Source: Prasinococcaceae sp. CCMP 1430 (lineage: Eukaryota > Plantae > Prasinodermophyta). Taken from it: 63,634 nt of DNA. Positions within the stretch are counted from its first letter, which is position 1; each line of letters opens with the position of its first letter. A program made the translations under genes and the position numbers. This document shows, piece after piece, positions 22,818 to 33,930 of the stretch. The stretch is taken from the NCBI GenBank assembly GCA_013416795.1, contig RQSC01000014.1, forward strand, positions 579,655 to 643,288, read 5' to 3'. The notes under the pieces are model-generated. The model was not told the origin of the DNA, did not search any database, and was given only the letters and a program-made list of their open reading frames with translations.

Positions 22818-22961
22818 TGAGTTTACAATGGACTAGACTAGTCCTGCTCCTGCCCCGGTATACAATATTCCATTTGTGCTCAAAAGTACCCACGGGCGAT
22901 CACATAAATGCATCCACTCGCTGCTGTACAGTCAGCCCCAACACATCCGCGAGGTCCCATC
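22731..22961 (+). repeat. 38-bp direct repeat, 2 copies (22731-22768 and 22924-22961), one mismatch
   Basis: CTGTACAGTCAGCCCCAACACATCCG(G/C)GAGGTCCCATC read at both positions. Confidence 0.9.
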
Positions 22962-23343
22962 ATGCTCCCCCCCCCTGGCGTTTCAGACCAACGCATGTAT
23001 TCTACGTCAAACGGGTGACCGTTGCTGGCACAAGCAAAACCTGATATCGACCAAAAAATCGACAAAAAAAAACAAAATCCACTCGCCCGTGGGGATCAGG
23101 GCGCCGGGGGCGCGTCAAACGGGGAGGAGCTCGCGTAAAGAGAAACGAGGGCACCCGTTTGAGGTAGAATGTGCATGCTCGTCCCGAGTTGGGGTTGGAA
23201 TCATTTTATATCAAATTGAGACAGCCCTCGGAAGGGTTTAGTGTTAACCCTTCTAGCAAAATGACACATCAAAACACACGAAAATGAGGACGGAGGGGAC
23301 CAAAAAATTGCTTGGTCAATTGGAAAGTAACCCGAACTCACAG

Positions 23344-23383
23344 CAAAATGATCCAAAATGAATCAAAATGAACCAAAATGATA
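23344..23383 (+). repeat. 10-bp tandem repeat CAAAATGAnn, 4 copies
   Basis: caaaatgatc caaaatgaat caaaatgaac caaaatgata. Confidence 0.85.
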
Positions 23384-24242
23384 CGTATAAATGCATTAAG
23401 ACGCGAACCCTACAACCGTAATGCGCACGCCCGCGCACGTTGGCAACAAAAAACAACAAAAAGATTGAAGGGTCCCTCTCAACGCATTCTGACCTATCTA
23501 TTCTTTTTGTTTTTGACGCTATCGGTAATTTGATGTGAAATGGGGGCGACGCGTCGCGCCAACGGCAACTGGCCGTGGCGCTCCAAAATTGCATCCAATT
23601 TTAGATCAACCTGAGTGCGTTCACTTTGACGTACGGAAGGCCCGAGCGCGCCGAGGGCGGCCTCGGACGGCGCCGCGGGCGGCCTCGCGGGCGTCGCCGG
23701 CGGTGCCGCCAAAAAAAAAAAAAAGGAAAACGAAAAACGCGTCCGGAAAAGTTCCAGGGAAGAACTGGCAATTGAATTCGATACGACCCGCACTTTGAAA
23801 AAAAAAACTTTCGGAATGACCTCTCGAGGTCACTCTGCATGCGCGTGTGAAGCAATGAGGCATCCGAATCAATCGAGCGGTGCGTTAGAGTTGCGGTCGG
23901 CGTGCCGGGCCATCAAAACGCACGCGCGCCGCTCGCGCCGAACGGCGCGGCGCGCGGCGCGCCATCAAAACGCACGCGCGCTCGGCGCGAGCGCGCGCTC
24001 CCGCGGAGCAGAGGCACACCGCGCGCGGCACGCGCCCCCCCCCCCTCACCCTCACCCGCACCGGAGGCCCAGCCCGATCGGCGTCACCGCGTCGCGACCG
24101 CGGTCTGTCCCGGAGGACGAGCCTCTGACCGGCGTCCGCGCGTGCATCGCTCGCTCGCGCGCGGGGGGGAGGCGGGTGCAGGAGCGCGGTCGGCGGCGGG
24201 CGCGCGGCCGATTTTTTCGCGCGCTCGACAGAGACAGACGAA

Positions 24243-26752
24243 ATGGCGGCGACGGCGGTGGTGCGCGCCGCGGCGGTCGCGGCGCTCCTGGTGGCGCTCG
24301 TGCCGACCGCCGCCGACGCGAACCGCAGGCACCACAAGAAGAGGCCCAAGATGCCGCCGACGCTCCCGCCGACCAAGTCGCCGCTCGTGTGGTCCCCGAC
24401 GAATGCCCCGACGGCCGAGCCAACGGTGCGTCCGCCCGTTGCACCGGGGGCGCCGCGCAAAAGCGCCGAAAAAAGAATCGGGTGTGCGAAATGTGCTCGC
24501 GCGCGCGCCGGACGGGTCGGTTGTGCGCGCAGCTCTTGTGCGCTGTGTGGGCCGCCTCTGCCGCTTCGCCCGCTGACACGATTCGCGCTCGGACGCCGGC
24601 CGCTCGTGCCATCGCCGTTCGCGCTGCTTACGGCGATGCTCTCATCACCGCCACTGGTTTTGCGCGCGCGCGATCCTTTTGGACCAACAATGCATTGCGC
24701 ATTTCCAAATCGCTCGCTCATTGCGCCCCAAATTTACCCGCGCTGTGCCCCGCCCTCCCCCCCTCTGCCACGACGCGCCACGCCTGCGTGCTCCGCCTTG
24801 CAGTGGGCGACGCTCTCGCCGACGCGCAAGCCCGAGCGGACGCGCCAGCCCACCGCGTCACCGACAGACTTCACCCCGCTCCCGCCTCTGATCCCCACAG
24901 ACAGTCCAGTGACGCCCACAGACAGCCCTGTGACGCCCACGGCGGCTCCGATCCAGATCCTGACCGACAGTCCAGTGTTTCCTACCGACGCACCGACGGG
25001 GGAGCCTACTGCGAGTCCGTCGGCCACCCCGACCCGCAAACCCACTCCGTCACCGACCGACTCGCCCACAACGGAGCCCACGCCGTCTCCAAGCCGTGCC
25101 CCCACGCCTTCGCCCACCGACTTCATCCCGCTGCCGCCGCTGCCGACGCAGTCGCCGACCAAGTCACCGACTGTCGCTCCGACGCCCAGGCCGACGCCGC
25201 GCCCGTTTATCCGCACGTTCCGACCGACAGAAGCGCCCACGCGTGCGCCGGCCGACCTGCCAATCTCCAGCCTGCCGCCACTCCCGACGCCCAGTTCGAC
25301 GTTCCCGCCCGAGGTCTGCACGTGCACGTGCTCGCCTACGTCGGCGCCGACCGAGGTGCGACGCGCGGCCGATCGCGCGCGCCGCTGTCGCCGCCACTCG
25401 CCCCCACATTGCTGAGCGCTGACGCACGTTGGGCATATACTGCGATCGGTCGACCGGCTCGCCGTGCACGCTTGCCTACTTCGCAGGCCCCGTCTGGAAG
25501 CCCCACTGAATCCCCGACGACGACACCCACCAACGTGCTGCCCCCAGGCGAGAGCTGCAACGGTGGCTGCGGCGTGCAGCGCCCTTCGGGCTGTTGGTGT
25601 GACGCGGAGTGCGTCGGCTACAACGACTGCTGTCAAGATGTGTGCGGCGCGTGCGGCGTGGCGTGTAACCCTCCGCCAACGCCGCAGCCGAGCGCGCCGC
25701 CGACCCCGAGCCCGAGCGCTGCTCCGACCGGCGCCCCGACGCCATCGCCGACCGCCGCACCGAGTGCAAGCCCCACGAATGCCCCCACCGTGCCCGACGG
25801 CTTCCCGAGTGTCGCGCCGACGCTCAGCCCGAGCGACTCGCCGAGCGATGCGCCGACCCTGAGCCCTACTACCTCTCCGAGCGAGGCGCCCACGCTCAGC
25901 CCGAGTGCCACGCCCACCGTGTCGCCAACGAGCGCGCCCACCAACGTGCTGCCGCCGGGGGAGAGCTGTAACGGCCATTGCGGCCTCCAGCGCCCGTCGG
26001 GATGCTGGTGCGACGAGCAGTGCACTGGCTACGGCGATTGCTGCCTGGACGTGTGCGGGGTGTGCGGCTTTGCGTGCCCGCCAGAACCCACACCAAGCCC
26101 GACCGCAGCGCCGACCGCGAGCCCGACTGCATCGCCTAGCCTCTCGCCGACCCTCTCGCCGACCGCATTGCCCAGCGATTCGCCGACGTCGCACCCCACG
26201 GACAGTCCAACCAAGTCGCCCACCGTGCGGCCGACGGAGTTCCCTACGGAGGCGCCGACCCTGTCGCCAAGCGACTCACCCACGGACGCGCCAACGATGT
26301 CGCCGACACAGCTGCCAACGGACAGCCCGACAAAATCGCCTACCGTGACCCCCACCGACCTGCCGACCGAGGCGCCGAGCGACTCTCCCACAGACACACC
26401 CACGCTCTCGCCGAGCGACTCGCCCACGCTTCAGCCCACGCAGAGTCCGTCCGACACCCCCACGGAGACACCCACCGATTCTCCGACGCCGCAGCCCAGC
26501 CCGAGCCCGACCAAGTCCCCCACCGCGCGGCCGACGGATTTCCCCACGAGGTTCCCGACCGCGGCTCCCACGCGTTCGCCGACGCCGCAGCCAAGCCCGA
26601 GCCCGACCAAGTCTCCGACCGTGCAGCCGACGGAATTCCCCACGCGGTTCCCAACGGCCAACCCCACGCGTCGCCCGACGCCGCAGCCGACGCGCGCGCT
26701 CGGCGAGACGACCTCGCCGACGAAGTCGCCGACGAATCCTGTCACCCCTTGA
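24243..26752 (+). CDS. Secreted Pro/Thr/Ser-rich (SPTxxP) mucin/HRGP-like protein with two somatomedin-B-like Cys domains; exons 24243-24425, 24804-25355, 25487-26752
   Basis: Signal peptide MAATAVVRAAAVAALLVALVPTAADA; many [ST]PT.xP repeats; two copies of ESCNG.CG.QRPSGCWCD..C.GY.DCC.DVCG.CG. Both introns are phase-0 GT..CAG. Confidence 0.8.
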
Positions 26753-27328
26753 GCGACGGTCGTCTGCAGTCATGATGCTTTCCGCGATGCCTCGGCCATC
26801 TTACAATTCCGACACGCCACTGATCAGACACAGTGGCATCTCTATCTCTCTCTATCTTCGCCTTCCCTCCCAACACTTCCTCACACGCCCCACACCCTAC
26901 GCCCGTACTGCTGCCTTCATCATCGTCATACCATCGACGACGAACATGCACATCCTGTCAACTGCCTTCAAACATTGCTCTACCATCGCCAACGCTGCAC
27001 GACCATGACTCACTGAGCACCGAGTCCACTGACGACAAGCGACGCGCCGCTGTCGGCTGCGACCGACGGACGAGGGATGTAGGCCATCGGCACAGGTGGC
27101 CCTCCCCGTCGCCGCGCGGCGCTGCGCGCCATCAATTGCTCGTGAATCGTTCCTCTTCATTTCTGCGGCTCGGCGGCGCAGGCGCGCGCTGCGGCTGCTC
27201 GTTGCCGTTGCCTTTTCGGATGTTGGCGTATGCGGAACGCTCCCGTGGGTGTGATCAATAGTGCTTGTCTTTGATGGTGTGCCCACAGCGCGGCGACCAC
27301 GCGCGCACACGCGTGGCGGCGGCGGCGG

Positions 27329-28316
27329 ATGAGGAGCGGCGAGAGCCAGAGCCGGCGCGGGGCCGAGCAGGGCGCGGCGGGCCCCACACAGCGCGTCTCC
27401 TCATCGCGCGACGCGCGCAGCGGCGGCGGAGGGCGCGTGTGTGGGTGTGGCGGCGACGGCCCCGGTGGCGACGACGGGAGCGTCCACGCGCGTCGGGTGG
27501 GCTCGGTGGGGGTTCTCTCCTCGCGCATTCTGCTCCGCAGGGGGTGCCCCAGGCGGTTCGGACGGCGGCGACGCGCACAGTGGCGGCGAGGCGCCCGACT
27601 CGGAGCGCGGCAGCGACGCCGCCGAACAGGTGCTCGCGCTCGCGCTCCAAAAGGTGCCTGAGATGGGGTGGAGCGACGCCGCGCTCGTCGCCGCCGCGGA
27701 GGAGCTCGGGCTGAGCGGTGCGGCGGCCGCCGCGACGGCGCCCCGCGGCGGCCTCGACCTGGTCGAGGCCTTCGTCTCGCGCTGCGACGAAGAATTCGAG
27801 GCACGCCTCGCGTCGCCGGAGATGCTCGAGGAGCTCGCGCCGCTCGGTGTGCAGCAACGGCTCGCGCTGCTCGTGCGTGCGCGGCTCGAGATGCTTGGGC
27901 CCGTACTTCGCCACTGGCCCCAGGCGCTGGCGCTCCGTGCCGACCCTCGTTCGGCACCTGCGGCCGTGGCTGCCGTGGCGCGCTCGGTGAACGCCATGTG
28001 GATCGCCGCGGGCGACACGAGCACCGACCTCAACTGGTACTCGAAGCGTGCGGTGCTCGCGGCTGTGTACGGCTCTGCCGAACTCTACATGCTCACGGAC
28101 ACCAGCGAGGGCCACGCGGACACGTGGGCTTTCGTCCAGCGGCGCCTTGATGACGCGGTGAGCGCCGGTCGGACGCTCTCGGAGGGGCTGCGCGCGGCGG
28201 GGCTCGGCGGGACCGCGCAGCAGCCATCGGACAGCTCGGGCGCGGCCAATGCGCACGCCGCCGCGACTGACGGAGGCGCCGACGGCACCAGCGACGACGA
28301 CGCGAAGCGCCAGTAG
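27329..28316 (+). CDS. COQ9: Ubiquinone biosynthesis protein COQ9, mitochondrial; start codon needs a frame change or unrecognised intron
   Basis: ALQKVPEMGWS, RARLEML.P...HWPQALAL, WIAAGDTSTDLNWYSKRAVLAAVY...ELYMLTDTS..HADTW.FV.RRL. Presequence-like RWGFSPRAFCS lies upstream in the same frame. Confidence 0.85.
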
Positions 28317-28470
28317 CGGCAAGGGCGGCGCGCGGCCTAGCTCTAGGTTCTGCTGCGGGGCCCACCAAAGCTCTCTGTGTACAACTCATTCATTTCCTAC
28401 GCGCGCGCGCGTCGTCAGGAGCGCGCTGCGTCCAACGCGCACGGAGGTCGCGCAACGCGCGCGCGCCGCG

Positions 28471-29064
28471 CTACAGCAGCTTGCTGAGCTCGCCCCCGGC
28501 AGCGGAGAAGTCGTGCCACAACTTGAGCGTCGTGAGGAGGGGAACAAGCGCAACAGCGGCAACAACCGCCCAGCCGCGCCACCCCGAACGCTCGAAGGGC
28601 TGCCACCGCCCCTGCGCGTCGAGGACACGCAACCTCCCCCCGGACAGATCCTGGAGCCATTCGAAGGTCTGCTCTATGTCGGCAATCTGCTTCTCCTTGG
28701 TCTCGACCAGCTCGATGCGCTCGCGCAGCGACGCCATGTCGCTGTCCGAGAGCCCCGCGCTGTCTCTCGCGTCGCCTGCCTCCCCGTCGCCCCGCCCGTT
28801 GCCGCCGCTCCCGCCGCTGGTGGCGGCGGCGCGCACCGCCTGCGCGGGCGGGCGCGGCGGGGGCGCGCCCTGCCGACGCGGCCATGGCGCGCGGCCTGGG
28901 ACCGCACAGTGCACGCCCGTGCGCGCGCGCAGACAGAGCTGTGGCACCCGCCTGCCGCGTGCTCGGCAGCGGCAGCAGATGCTGCTGCTGCTGCGGAAGT
29001 CGGAAGCGCACGCCGCGCGCAGAGACTGCAATTGAGTAAATGCTGCATGACAAACGTCCCGCAT
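28471..29064 (-). CDS. Hypothetical protein with transit-peptide-like N-terminus, short coiled coil and C-terminal TM helix
   Basis: AQAVRAAATSGG, then DMASLRERIELVETKEKQIADIEQ and hydrophobic WAVVAAVALVPLLTTL. Start codon uncertain; no family recognised. Confidence 0.45.
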   Translation of the reverse strand: MRDVCHAAFTQLQSLRAACASDFRSSSSICCRCRARGRRVPQLCLRARTGVHCAVPGRAPWPRRQGAPPPRPPAQAVRAAATSGGSGGNGRGDGEAGDARDSAGLSDSDMASLRERIELVETKEKQIADIEQTFEWLQDLSGGRLRVLDAQGRWQPFERSGWRGWAVVAAVALVPLLTTLKLWHDFSAAGGELSKLL

Positions 29065-29241
29065 TGCTTGTGTGCGTGCGCACGCTGCGACGTGCCCAGC
29101 GTGTCTGTTACTGCCGCCAGCTTGTCTTCCGGCCGCGCTCGCTCGGCGCCCGGCAAGTGAGCCGCGTGTACAGGCAGGCCGCTGCACGCCGGCTGCACGC
29201 TCGCAAGGGGGAAGGGGGGGCGGTGGGGGTGGGGTGGGAGG

Positions 29242-32154
29242 TCAGAGGGTCTCCCACAGGTCGCGCCCCTCCCTAGCCCAGTCACCACCTCCGATCGTGT
29301 AGCGAAAGCCTGGTGACAGTGTGTATCCGTTGTGGTACCAAGTGGACGTATCGGGCGTGCCGATGTAGCCGCGCAGGCGGTTGACGAACGACGAGAACGT
29401 CGACAGACGCGTCCCGATGAACAACCGCCCTGACGCCATGATGACCTGCTCGATAGGGCCGAGCAGGTTCGCCGGCACGTGCACGTCCGCCAGGACGTTT
29501 CCGCCGCGCGGCCCGAGGAAGTCGCTGAAGCGGTAGACGCAGTAGCGTCGGCGGAAAGGCTGGAAGAAGCCCGGCTCGGTCTCGTCGCTGGCGATGTAGA
29601 GCGTCTCGTTGGGTCGCAGCAGGTGCGCGGTGTTCTCCACTGAGGCCTCCGCGCCGACGAACGCGCTCTTATACTGGAGCTCGTTGCGGCGGATGTGCAT
29701 CGAGCTGTACTCAAACAGGCCGAGGTACGACACCACTCGCGAGGCGATCTCGTACACGAGCGCGGGGAAGTGCACGGAGCGCAGCAGGCGGTGGAACTCG
29801 ACCGTGCCGGCGTCGGTCTGAAACCAGAACGCCTTGGCGACCTGGCCGAACTGGCGATACCCGACCCCGTCTGCCGCAAGTTTCTTCCTTCTGTCGGGGA
29901 AGTACAACACCTCGCGCGTGTGGTTGTCGCGCGTGTATTCTCCGAGCTCACGACCGTCGCGATCCCAGATGGTCGGGGTGTCGGGCGTCGGCAGCCGCGG
30001 CATTTTCTCGGCCATCTTGACATCGGTCGCGCCGTCGTACCACTCCCTCTTGCACGCCGGGACGCAGATAATGCCACGTTGCGGGGACCACGAGGCGGGC
30101 GTCAAGTGGTTGAAGCCCCAGTCGCGGAATTCCTGGCGCCTCGGGTCGTCATGGGCTTCGGTGAAGCTCGCGCCGAAGTCGCGCATGATGTAGTCGGGCA
30201 TTTGCAGGGACTCACCCTCGCGCCGCACGAATTCGGTGAAGTTGAGGATGGTCGTGCCGTACTTGGCGAAGGTCTCGTTCAGGAAGTCGACGTCGAAAAA
30301 CTCCGAGAAGTGCGACACGCCGCCCTCGTGGCCAGCGCCGACCTTCACCCGCCCGAAGTTGATTAGGTACCACCCCGACGGGGGAGGCAGCACGAGGATG
30401 CGTCCGGTGATGACAGCGAAGGACACCACCCACTCAAACGCCATGCGAATGTTGTTGAGGCCGCCCTGGTCATGGTCGAAGAAGACGTACTTGGGCTTGC
30501 TCGCCTCCTCGGGGGACACGCCCAGCGCCTTTTCCACTGCGGCCTTGCCCATGGTGCCGGGCGGAGGGGTCCAGTCTTGGTCCCAGTACGAGAGGCATTT
30601 CTGGATCGCCGCGGCGCGTTCGAGGTCAGGTTTGGCGTCCGGGTCCTCCGCGCGGCACGTGGGCGCAGCGACGGCGCTCTCGGCCATTCGGGTCCTCGTC
30701 TCCTCCTCGGCCTCACGCATGTGCGCGAGGGCGTCGGCGCCGTAACACCCAGTCTGACCAGCGCGCCTGATCGCAGCCTTGAGCTCGGACTTGTACTTGA
30801 AGAAGCACTCGTTGGGCCTTTGGCCTTCGAGCGGGGGCTCGGGCCCGACCGGCTCCCAGCACTGAGCGTTTGGCTCCCACATCCAGCCTCTGGCCCACGG
30901 CTCGGTGGCGCTGTACACACACCAGCTGCCGCATCTGCGGTGTTCCATGATCTGCGACGCAAAGGCGGTCGCGATCTCGATGGAGTACTCGGAGCTGCCA
31001 CCGCACGTGCGCGCCACCATGCCGTCGGGAGCTCGCGAGGGACGGCGGCTCGCGGGGCACACCCTCTCGTAGACGTCGGCGAACCTTTCCTTGCGTGGGA
31101 AGTACGCGGCGCGAGTCACCATGTTCAGCTGCTGCACCATTGCAGTCGACGTGTCGTTGCCGCCCGTCACGAGGGCGCGCGGCTTGCACGCCTCGTGCGA
31201 GGGAAGCTCCAACAGCGCCCGCCTGCCCGCCCGCGGCCTGCGCGCGTCGCCCGCGGCTGCCTCGTGCTCCGGGCGCGCGGGGTTCGATTCCCGTCCGAGC
31301 TCGGGCATGCGAGCCTTGCGCGCGCGTTCCTTCTCGGAGAGCGCCGCGTCGCCGCCGGGCGGGCGTAGCGCCCGCTCCATCGCCTCGGGGTAGAGCGAGC
31401 ACGCCTCGGCCGGGCTCTTCAATTTGATGACGTCCACGTGCCCCCACCCCCTGGTGCGCGGCTGTGGCAGCGCGAAGCAGCGCTCGTGGTCGTCGCGGTT
31501 CTCAATTTCGACGACGTCACCCCAGCGCGCGAGGAAGCCGTGGTTGCGGCTGTAGTCGCGCGTGCTGGTGCACGCGTTGGTGAGGCGGATCTTCGTGTGC
31601 GGCGGGATGCTGGCCGCGCGTACGTTGCCGTAGGCGCACCATTGCTCGGCCGCGTCGCCGTCGATCTCCGCGGTGGCATTCTCGCCGCAGGCCGGACCCT
31701 GGCCGCTCTCCTGCCCGATGGCGTCAAGGTCGGCGCCGTGGAAGAAGGCGTCGCACAAATCTTGGGAGCGATTCACCCGCACGAAGCGGCCCGGCTGAGT
31801 GGCGTGGTCGGCACCAGCGCCGTCTCGGACTCGGGCCGAGCACTGGGGGCGGTTGAAGAGCGCCACCACCGTGGAACCGCTGGAGCCGACTGGCTTCTGG
31901 TCGCCCGTGCGCCTCGCGTCGACTGAGGCGGGCGGCGCGTGCATCGAGGCCCCATTGTCTTGCCCCCGCCGCTCCGCCAGCGCGGCGGACAGGGCGTCTC
32001 GATACTTCCCGGCCGAGCCCACCTCTGCGCCGTGCCCGCGCCGCGCGCCGCCCAGGACGAACACGAGCAGCGCCAGTGCCGCCGCGCAGGCGGCGGCGAG
32101 CGCGCACCACGCGCGGGCCTCGCGAGCGCGCGCGCGCGGCGCGCGCACTGCCAC
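29242..32154 (-). CDS. GDP-fucose protein O-fucosyltransferase-like glycosyltransferase (GT-B) with type II anchor and long Cys-rich stem; start unresolved
   Basis: DQGGLNNIRMAFE, RILVLPP, MHIRRNELQY, LYIASDE, IEQVIMASGRLFIGTRLSTFS motifs; N-terminal TM AWCALAAACAAALALLVFVLGG. In-frame stop at 32196-32194 with no ATG before the anchor. Confidence 0.8.
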   Translation of the reverse strand: MAVRAPRARAREARAWCALAAACAAALALLVFVLGGARRGHGAEVGSAGKYRDALSAALAERRGQDNGASMHAPPASVDARRTGDQKPVGSSGSTVVALFNRPQCSARVRDGAGADHATQPGRFVRVNRSQDLCDAFFHGADLDAIGQESGQGPACGENATAEIDGDAAEQWCAYGNVRAASIPPHTKIRLTNACTSTRDYSRNHGFLARWGDVVEIENRDDHERCFALPQPRTRGWGHVDVIKLKSPAEACSLYPEAMERALRPPGGDAALSEKERARKARMPELGRESNPARPEHEAAAGDARRPRAGRRALLELPSHEACKPRALVTGGNDTSTAMVQQLNMVTRAAYFPRKERFADVYERVCPASRRPSRAPDGMVARTCGGSSEYSIEIATAFASQIMEHRRCGSWCVYSATEPWARGWMWEPNAQCWEPVGPEPPLEGQRPNECFFKYKSELKAAIRRAGQTGCYGADALAHMREAEEETRTRMAESAVAAPTCRAEDPDAKPDLERAAAIQKCLSYWDQDWTPPPGTMGKAAVEKALGVSPEEASKPKYVFFDHDQGGLNNIRMAFEWVVSFAVITGRILVLPPPSGWYLINFGRVKVGAGHEGGVSHFSEFFDVDFLNETFAKYGTTILNFTEFVRREGESLQMPDYIMRDFGASFTEAHDDPRRQEFRDWGFNHLTPASWSPQRGIICVPACKREWYDGATDVKMAEKMPRLPTPDTPTIWDRDGRELGEYTRDNHTREVLYFPDRRKKLAADGVGYRQFGQVAKAFWFQTDAGTVEFHRLLRSVHFPALVYEIASRVVSYLGLFEYSSMHIRRNELQYKSAFVGAEASVENTAHLLRPNETLYIASDETEPGFFQPFRRRYCVYRFSDFLGPRGGNVLADVHVPANLLGPIEQVIMASGRLFIGTRLSTFSSFVNRLRGYIGTPDTSTWYHNGYTLSPGFRYTIGGGDWAREGRDLWETL

Positions 32155-32522
32155 CGCGCCCGCGCCCGCGCCTGCGAGGGCGAAAATTTGGCACTATTGT
32201 TTTGCTCTGTTTTGCTCGGCTGTGGCTGTGACACATTGTTGCCTTTGGCCTTTGGCCCTTTGCGGTGATGATCAGACGTCTGCAGACATGCGTTTGGAGT
32301 CGCCCGTGGGTAAACAATGTATCATTTCGTCATTTCGCTTCATGTTTTACGTTCGTTCGTTCGCGTCCATCCGACGGACGGCGAGGCGACGGGCTCGGCG
32401 GCGGCTCGGAGGAGGGCTGTTTTTTGGTGGCGGGCTCGGCGGCGGGGCAGCGCTTTGTGGGGGGCTGCCGTGGCGGCCTTGCGTGACCTGCCACGCGGGC
32501 TTTCTGGCTTCTAGCTAGCCTT

Positions 32523-33930
32523 CTACAGGCACGGGTTGGCGCCTACTGCTTCTACGCTGAGCAGGATGTCGATCGTGGTGCCGTTCGTGATGAGCTCGAA
32601 TACCTGCCGGGCGGCCGCGGTCAGGCCGAGGTCGACGTTGCGGAGGGTCACCTCGGTGGGGACGAGGATTTTCTCGGTCATGCCGAGGACGAGGTGGGAC
32701 TGCGGCGCGGCTGCGGCGCCTCCTGTGAGTGCCACGACCACTTCGTTGAGGGTGCCCTCTGCGATGCGTGGGTGAGCGAAGGAGCGAGCGTACGCGTGTC
32801 GCATACGCCAGCCAATGCGCGGTAAGCAAGTGGATGGCCCTACCAGTGTCCCGCAAGGCATCGCAGCGAGCATCGCGCGCGGGTGTGTGCTGTGCACGCT
32901 CGCTTTCGCTCTTCGTCGGGGCGCAACGCACCACCGCCATCGAAGCTGTTGCCCACGGTGTCCGGGAGCGGCACCGCCGCGTCGAACACGAGCCCGAGCT
33001 GCTCGGCATCGTTGGAGAGGCGCATGACGCCGTCAGTGGCCCACCCGCGCACCTCGCCCAGAGGATAGTACGTAGGCACAAGCGCCGACTCATTCGTGCT
33101 GCTAAAAGCCGACCAATTGCCGGCGGCCGCAACCTGTGCCTGGAACGCGGCGGCAGCCTCCAGCTGCTCGTCGGAGCCGGCAGGCGGCGCATCGGTGAAG
33201 GTGTTTGCGACGGAGCGCGTGCCGATGATCGTGTCGATCACATGCATGCGGGCCGCGAGGACTTTCAGTGCCGGCGACAAAACCGCAAGAACGTCCGCCG
33301 ACCAGCCGTCGTACTCCTCACAAGGAGAATCAGGCGCGTCGCAGGGCGGAACGAAGGCGAAGCTCTGTACCCCGGGGCCGTCCGGCACGTCAAATGCAAC
33401 GCGCGGGAGGCAGACGCGAGAGGACACGGCATCGGTATCCACGCGCGCGTGCGGAAGCGCGCGCGCGCGTCAGCGCTCACGTGAGTGCGCACCCCCCTTA
33501 CACCACCCATAGCAGCGCCCTGACAACAGCCAATTGCACGCACCATGTTTGCGTCGATGAGCCTCACGCCGTCCACAGCGCCGACGCTGGTGTTGGCACA
33601 GCGCACGTCCGCGGTGAGGCTGCCACCGAGAGGAACGCTCTCCTCACTCCGGTTGCCGAGCTCGATGGTGTCGCCGGTGACCTCCACCCGCGCCCGCGCG
33701 AGGCTGTCCAACTCGAACAGGACGCGGGCGCCTCCGTCCGTCACCGGCGGCGGTGCGCTTGCATCGCCGCCGTTTGGGACGAGAGCCGGCGCCTCCGTGG
33801 CAGATTCCTCTCCACCGCCGCCACCATCGTGATCGCTGGTCGCGCGCAGGACCAGCAGCGCGGCCAGTGCCGCGGCGAGGAACGCCGGCGGCCTTTCGTG
33901 CCCGCAAACGACTTGATCTTGCCATCGTTC
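32523..33930 (-). CDS. Hypothetical single-pass or secreted beta-rich protein, multi-exon; 5' end unresolved
   Basis: Three coding-like blocks joined in phase by GTGCGT..CAG introns 33543-33365 (phase 0) and 32931-32759 (phase 1). Hydrophobic AFLAAALAALLVL near the N-terminus; N-glycosylation sequons present. Confidence 0.5.

Noticed and set aside
22731-22961. 38-bp direct repeat as a CRISPR array
   Set aside because: Only two copies, a 155-nt spacer, no cas genes, and a eukaryotic context.
16356-23250. piggyBac-like ends GGGTTAA (16356-16362) and TTAACCC (23244-23250)
   Set aside because: They face outward rather than enclosing an element, there is no extended terminal inverted repeat or transposase, and host genes lie between them.
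23795-24242. N-terminal extension of ORF 23795-26752
   Set aside because: The signal-peptide ATG at 24243 and phase-consistent introns explain the gene; the upstream part is promoter-like.
26742-27310. Minus-strand ORFs between the mucin and COQ9 genes (one containing CGAC)
   Set aside because: Low GC3, no second Cys pair and no family match; more likely UTR or promoter sequence.
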